DNA of 64,000 nucleotides, taken from assembly GCA_048264285.1 (NCBI GenBank), contig JBLXDD010000018.1, positions 5,945 to 69,944 of the forward strand, read 5' to 3'. This DNA is from Thalassospira sp. (lineage in GTDB: Bacteria; Pseudomonadota; Alphaproteobacteria; Rhodospirillales; Thalassospiraceae). The notes below the pieces were generated by a model that saw only the letters and a list, made by a program, of their open reading frames with translations, did no database searches and was not told the DNA's origin. A program made the translations under genes and the position numbers. Below are positions 62,958 to 64,000 of this stretch, one piece after another (within the stretch, counting starts at the first letter, position 1; every line of letters starts with the position of its first letter).

Positions 62958-63657
62958 AGCCCGCCAGCGGGAAACGTTTCAGCAATCTGAATGGTTTCTG
63001 ATCACCCGGATCACCAAACAGGCAAACTTCGCGGACCGTAAATGGTTCCTGACACAGCGGCGCAATCAAACCGGACAGTGCCACCTTGAAGGGATCGATC
63101 TGATCGTCTGACAGCTTGTTGGTCAATGTCAGATGAAAACGAAATTCGTCCATGACATAGGGATAGCCCCAACGCACAAGATACGCTTCCTGCCGGTCAC
63201 TCAAACCAACCGCACGACGTTTGTTCATTGCCACTTCGTCTTCGGGCTGGCGAAAGTCATCCAGTTCACGCACCAGTGTTGCCGCAAGGTCGGTCAATTC
63301 CACAACCGGATCGGTCGGCACAAGAGCAAGAAAACGGCCAATCGTCTTCAAAAACAAAGGCCCGCAAGTTACCGGCGTGATCGTTGTACAAAGGCGTGAA
63401 ACGGCTGCCTCCAGATCACTACGGTTCATGCCGCTTGGCAAAGCAAATGGCGGCTTCAGGGTACCATGAAAACCATAGCGGCTTGGCGACGTTGTCACTG
63501 CCATAATTTCGGCTCCCGTCAAACCGCTGATAGCCGGACGTGATAGAACATCCCCAGTTTCCGGGTCACGCCCCAGCCAGGCATTGCCGAACTGCCCCAA
63601 CGCGCTTTGTGGTTCTGGCGCATAATAAAGCGCGTAACGTTGATATTGGTCAGTCAT
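62956..63657 (-). CDS. DUF1045 (2H-phosphoesterase-like) putative phosphonate-metabolism protein
   Basis: From ATG 63657: MTDQYQRYALYYAPE.... Two H-x-T-type motifs (FHGTLKPPF, FHLTLT) typical of the 2H superfamily. Commonly linked to phn clusters that lack phnP. Confidence 0.8.
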   Translation of the reverse strand: MTDQYQRYALYYAPEPQSALGQFGNAWLGRDPETGDVLSRPAISGLTGAEIMAVTTSPSRYGFHGTLKPPFALPSGMNRSDLEAAVSRLCTTITPVTCGPLFLKTIGRFLALVPTDPVVELTDLAATLVRELDDFRQPEDEVAMNKRRAVGLSDRQEAYLVRWGYPYVMDEFRFHLTLTNKLSDDQIDPFKVALSGLIAPLCQEPFTVREVCLFGDPGDQKPFRLLKRFPLAG

Positions 63658-63751
63658 GAGTGAACTCTGAAAACAGGTAACGCGGCAGGAAACGCCGAAT
63701 GTCAGTAGCCTAACCTTCGGCATCCATCATTACACCGAGAATATGGATCGG

Positions 63752-64000
63752 TTAAACCGTATCGTATTTCAGGCAGAAATCGCGAACCGGGAGCTTGCGG
63801 AAATCCTGCAATCTTTCGCGCAACATGTCGTGCGACCAGTCCCACCAGCGGATACGCAACAGGGCGTCGACGATATCGGCCTCAAACCGCGGGCGCAGCG
63901 GGCTTGCCGGAAGGCCGGTCACGATCGTGTAGGGCGCAACATCCTTGGTCACCACCGCCCCCGATCCAACGACAGAACCGATGCCGATGGTAACACCGCC
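63752..64000 (-). CDS. hexapeptide-repeat acetyltransferase (phn-associated / CatB-Vat-like), C-terminal part; 5' end outside window
   Basis: The reading frame is open to the window edge (...GGVTIGIGSVVGSGAVVTKDVAPYTIVTGLPA...). The C-terminal tail WWDW...L is typical of xenobiotic-type hexapeptide transferases. Confidence 0.7.
   Translation of the reverse strand, partial: GGVTIGIGSVVGSGAVVTKDVAPYTIVTGLPASPLRPRFEADIVDALLRIRWWDWSHDMLRERLQDFRKLPVRDFCLKYDTV

Overview
This 64-kb window looks like core chromosome of a moderately GC-rich alphaproteobacterium. The gene order fits Rhodospirillales or Rhodobacterales-type genomes (DUF484-xerC, nadA-nadC, zapE-mdh-sucCDAB-lpdA, rpoE-chrR, phnF/phnGHIJKLMN). 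I cannot name the species. All calls rest on reading the ORF translations and the DNA by eye; no database search was run. About 65 protein-coding genes are supported. I saw no rRNA, tRNA, CRISPR array, transposase or prophage gene. Main blocks: (1) housekeeping genes at 1-5150; (2) a 2.3-kb AT-rich islet of small orphan ORFs at 5151-7508, one of them interrupted by an in-frame stop; (3) NAD synthesis genes, a large MscS-family channel, zntB and zapE; (4) the TCA supra-operon mdh-sucCDAB-lpdA; (5) an ECF sigma/anti-sigma pair (RpoE-ChrR type) flanked by two operons of fatty-acid-modifying and unknown-function genes at 26.9-35.8 kb; (6) rRNA-modification genes, two tandem diguanylate cyclase paralogs, a TAXI-TRAP transporter, malate synthase G and map; (7) a lower-GC TPR-methyltransferase fusion gene; (8) a C-P lyase (phn) cluster running to the window end. 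The best lead is block 5. Three transcription units there carry the same TGATC(C/T)-N16-CGTA promoter-like element. This links a known singlet-oxygen/furan-fatty-acid-type operon to a second, uncharacterised operon (exported protein, SDR, NTF2-like) whose 3' end overlaps it. Other leads are the orphan islet, the TPR-methyltransferase, the tandem GGDEF paralogs with a shared N-terminal domain, and several operator-like palindromes.
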